A DNA stretch of 64,000 bases from the human T2T-CHM13v2.0 reference genome, Homo sapiens, in the NCBI RefSeq assembly GCF_009914755.1, contig NC_060927.1. The stretch is one strand, 5' to 3'. The position numbers were made by a program, and so were the translations under genes. Shown piece by piece: positions 61,914 through 64,000 of the stretch (the first letter of the stretch is position 1; every line of letters starts with the position of its first letter). Under the pieces are notes generated by a model. The model made no database searches. It was not told the DNA's origin and was given only the letters and a program-made list of their open reading frames with translations.

Positions 61914-62639
61914 TGATAAAGTTTGGACGATGTTCCCTGTAAATCTCATGTTGAATTATAATCTACAATGTTGGAGATGAGGCTTAGTGGGAGGTTTTGG
62001 GTCATGAGGGTGGATCGCTCATGGTTTGGTGCTCTCATCACAATAGTGAATGCATGAGTTCTCACAAGAATTGGTGGTTTAAAGTGTGTGGCCCCTCCCC
62101 TGCCTCTTTCTTGCTCCTGCTCTGGCCATGTGACATGCCTGTTCCCCTTCACCTTCCACCATGAGTAAAAGCTCCCTGGCCGGGCGCGGTGGCTCACTCC
62201 TGTAATCCCAGCACTATGGGAGGCCGAGGCGGGCAGATCACGAGGTCAGGAGATCGAGACCATCCTGGCTAACACGGTGAAACCCTGTCTCTACTAAAAA
62301 TACAAAAAATTAGCCGGCCATAGTGGCGGGCGCCTATAGTCCCAGCTACTCAGGAGGCTGAGGCAGGAGAATGGTGTGAACCCGGGAGGCGGAGCTTGCA
62401 GAGAGCCGAGATTGCGCCACTGCACTCCAGCCCGGGTGACAGAGCAAGACTCCATCTCAATAAAAAACAAAACAAAACAAAACTAAAACGCTCCCTGAGG
62501 CCTCCTCAGAAGCCAAGTAGATGCTGGCAGCATACTTCCTACACAGCCTGCAGAACTGTGAGCCAATTAAACCTCTTTTCTTTATAAATTACCTGGTCTC
62601 AGGTATTTCTTTATACCAATGTAAGAAGAGCTTAATACA
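61914..62639 (+). mobile_element. MaLR solo LTR (MSTA-like) split by an AluY
   Basis: TGATAAAGTTTGG start, ATTAAACCTCTTTTCTTTATAAATTACC...TAATACA end; TSD CAGTC 61909-61913 / 62640-62644. Confidence 0.9.
62178..62483 (+). mobile_element. AluY, CpG-rich (young)
   Basis: GGCCGGGCGCGG...GATCACGAGGTCAGGAGATCGAGACCATCCTGGCTAACACGG; TSD TAAAAGCTCCCT 62166 / TAAAACGCTCCCT 62484. Confidence 0.95.
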
Positions 62640-63334
62640 CAGTCTCTGGCTGAAGTAGCAAGATAGAACCTTTCTTCTTTCTGATCAACTCAGCTGGAAA
62701 AGCTAGAATTTTCCAGCTTCGGTGTGCCCTCAGCCATCTTGGACATGGAGATGGGCAGGTCCTTCCAGGAATGTGCACATAAGCTGATGCTGCTCTTCCT
62801 TGAAAGGATACACAGATTTCTAAGTGTATCAGTGCTCTTTTCTGATTCTCAATTCTCAACTCATGACTTTCTCATCACTAGTTCCCAGGCACTTATCAAG
62901 CCTAGAGAAGAAAAAGTCCTACTCTTTTGCTCTTCGACTGCCCTGGTAGACATGAACCTGGTTCACACTAGTCTCCATCTATCTACTGGTTCTTATGGTT
63001 TGATGCTCAATGGAGAAAATTGATGGGCAAATTCGAATTAGGAAAAGGGGCTAGCCAAAGTTATCAACAGACATCACCTCCAATAACTACTTTTCAGTTT
63101 CATAAACTAAGCCCCAGAAACACACAAGGCCATTCCCAGACTATTTATGGGACAGCTTTATGCCCATTTTTTCCCAATGGGACGTCATATTCCCAGACCA
63201 GGAAGGCCTTAATGTCTCAGAACCCGTCTATTCTGAGGAGGTGGATTGGAAAAAAAGGTTAGCCTTCTCGTATCATTATTCATTATTATTAATCACTACC
63301 CTGATTGTGGCAAATACATTTAATCTTATTTGTC

Positions 63335-63460
63335 AAATTCAATTCATTAATCTGTCTACAATAGCAACTGAGCACAAAGAAGGCTTCAAGAACTGTCCTA
63401 GGTGCTAGAGATACATTGGTGAACTGGAAACCATTACTGACTCCTGTCAGGAGCCCTGTA
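63335..63460 (-). mobile_element. L2 3' fragment
   Basis: ATTCAATTCATT...ACTGAGCAC...ACTGTCCTAGGTGCTAGAGATACATTGGTGAA. Confidence 0.55.
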
Positions 63461-64000
63461 TTAAAGAGCTTTTGAGATGTCTGAGCTGTCTCAGTAGAGT
63501 GCTATAGTTAATTAGTGGTATCTGGACAGAGAATTTGAATTTGAACTCTGTCTCTGGACAGAGAATTTGAACATAGCAGCATATGTGTCAAGAAACTTAA
63601 TTTTATATATTGGTTGGAGTAAAACATATCTGTGTATTTCACTTTGAGCTTTTATTTTTGTGGCTTGGTGAAGTTTTTCTGATTCTGGGAAATCTAACAA
63701 ATTTTGTATCAAATTTGGATCTACAAACCTTGTAGTTTCCTTCACAGTGATTGCTACACATTGTCTCATCTTCTCATTCCCACAACCATAAAAGTATTTC
63801 TCTAAATGATTTTAGACACTTTTTCTTAAGGATGACTTGGCAGAAGGTAAAAGGGACAAAATTTTATAGCTCTTTGGCAATACCAGTTGCTATAAGTATC
63901 ATTTTTAAATTGAGAAGGAGTAATTTTCTGTTCTTAAAGGAGAAAGCCACTCCTCTCTCATAAGAGTTTTGGGTCCTTATTGGTGTTGAACTGGAGAGTA

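Noticed and set aside
63512-63769. ORF containing VKETTR, resembling MTCH2 IKETTR, as the missing 5' part of the retrocopy
   Set aside because: The flanking residues do not match MTCH2, and that segment is already present at ~32790; a chance 5-residue match

Overview
Primate (human-like: AluY, L1PA5/6, MSTA/B, MADE1) non-coding genomic DNA. I cannot support any intact protein-coding gene here. 1-31.7 kb is a mosaic of old repeats (L1M, L2, L3, MIR, MaLR/ERVL LTRs, hAT and Tigger elements, Alus) with a few repeat-free islands that look regulatory. The clearest are a CpG-enriched, homeodomain/FOX/kB-motif-rich block at ~5.98-6.76 kb and a TE-free block at ~15.2-17.5 kb. 31.8-62 kb is an almost continuous stack of nested LINE-1s with Tigger3b, Alus and a MADE1. 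There are two pseudogenes: a 5'-truncated processed MTCH2 retrocopy (minus, ~32.1-32.8 kb) abutting the tail of a full-length L1PA15/16, and a tailless 5S rRNA retropseudogene (minus, 14855-14944). The most unusual directly visible features are the L1-MTCH2 junction, two tailless or internally primed insertions with TSDs, and four locally templated insertion scars, one of which deletes the L1 endonuclease GDFN motif. I found no convincing novel biological system. Subfamily calls and consensus comparisons are from memory and need RepeatMasker/Dfam confirmation.
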